DNA of 62,526 nucleotides, filler included, from Basidiobolus ranarum (Eukaryota): NCBI GenBank assembly GCA_040143965.1. It is 14 parts of 14 records of this genome, joined end to end, with 100 filler letters (N's around TTAATTAATTAA, not from the genome) between each part and the next. Parts side by side here need not be neighbours in the genome. Positions count along the whole stretch, not along the records: positions 58,166 to 62,526 come from JASJQH010001989.1; 13 more parts are not named here. One strand, 5' to 3'. Shown piece by piece: positions 61,780 to 62,526 of this stretch (position 1 is its first letter; each line of letters starts with the position of its first letter). The notes under the pieces were generated by a model. It saw only the letters and a program-made list of their open reading frames with translations, ran no database searches and was not told where the DNA came from. The position numbers and the translations under genes were made by a program.

Positions 61780-62330
61780 TTACCATGGCGATGGCCAGTC
61801 AAATGACATGAAGCTTCTACTATGATTACCAAGTAATAACTGGCAAACACATACCTCAAGGCAGAGGACTTACTTCAACATGTATTGCCAGGTAGCAGGA
61901 GCCATAGCCGGTCTAAATAGATGAAGTCTCAACTGTGGTTGAAGAATCAATAGCGGTTGAGCATGAGCCTCAAGAGAGACATTCCAGGCTGACTCATAGA
62001 ACTGCACACCAGCAGCAATGACTGATTGGCCCAATGTGTAAATGTTCCACATCTGAAGAACAGACTGAAGATACAAGGAAACCACAAACAAGACCAGACA
62101 AGCCAACAAATACCACAGCACATTGACCTCAAGCTAAAACTCATGCTGGCCAAGGCAGAGGAACTTTAGCAGGATCATATCAACCAATCCAATGCAGAGG
62201 TTCAAGCAAAGCTTCTTGTGTGGAAATACAAAGGCGACAACAAAAATAAAACAAGCAAATCAGCATTTACCACTTAAAACCTAGGCAACTGCTGAGCCCT
62301 CTTGTTACTACTTATTTTGTCCTATTTTTG
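61780..62330 (+). repeat. Second copy of the unclassified repeat with 114-bp units
   Basis: Collinear homology with about 17300-17840 (e.g. CACATTGACCTCAAGC, AACCTAGGCAACTGCTG). Confidence 0.82.
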
Positions 62331-62384
62331 TTAATTTTTAGCACATCATTGAGAATTGATATGGATTGCACTTAAGTACAGTAT

Positions 62385-62526
62385 AGACTTGTTCCATTGG
62401 ACCAGGTCAGATTGCACCGCTTGATCCAGCCTGCTAGTATACCATCTGGCGCAATCTGTCAATTACCATGGCTGGGTCCTATAACACTCAATTGGACACT
62501 ATAAGGAACAATATGGCACTATCCCA
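62385..62526. mobile_element. Possible related MITE/DNA transposon end
   Basis: Starts (A)GACTTGTTCCATTG like the MITE TIR and contains GGCACTAT-type motifs, but the internal sequence differs. Truncated by the window end. Confidence 0.5.

Overview
This is eukaryotic (fungal) DNA and not one continuous locus. It consists of 14 unlinked contigs of about 4.36-4.39 kb, sorted by decreasing length and joined by 100-nt artificial spacers (N44-TTAATTAATTAA-N44), so gene adjacency across a spacer means nothing. Short GT..CTAAY..AG introns, an intronless bacterial-type NRPS and CpG-depleted transposon relics suggest an early-diverging fungus such as Basidiobolus or Mortierellaceae (inference only). 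Protein genes: a tandemly duplicated NRPS-like A-T-T-R reductase (its A-domain half is missed by the ORF track), the terminal C-A-T-TE module of a bacterial-type NRPS, a DHA2 MFS transporter end, a 4-finger C2H2 factor, two GDSL lipase paralogues, an amino-acid permease start, a divergent unknown gene, and a 718-aa two-exon protein with a candidate pore-forming-toxin architecture. RNA genes: tRNA-Thr(CGT) and a tRNA-Arg-like body carrying a CAG anticodon. Roughly half the window is decayed Ty1/copia (half-tRNA-primed) and Ty3/gypsy elements, solo LTRs, a PIF/Harbinger-like MITE family and unclassified repeats. All calls come from reading the sequence by eye; no searches were run.
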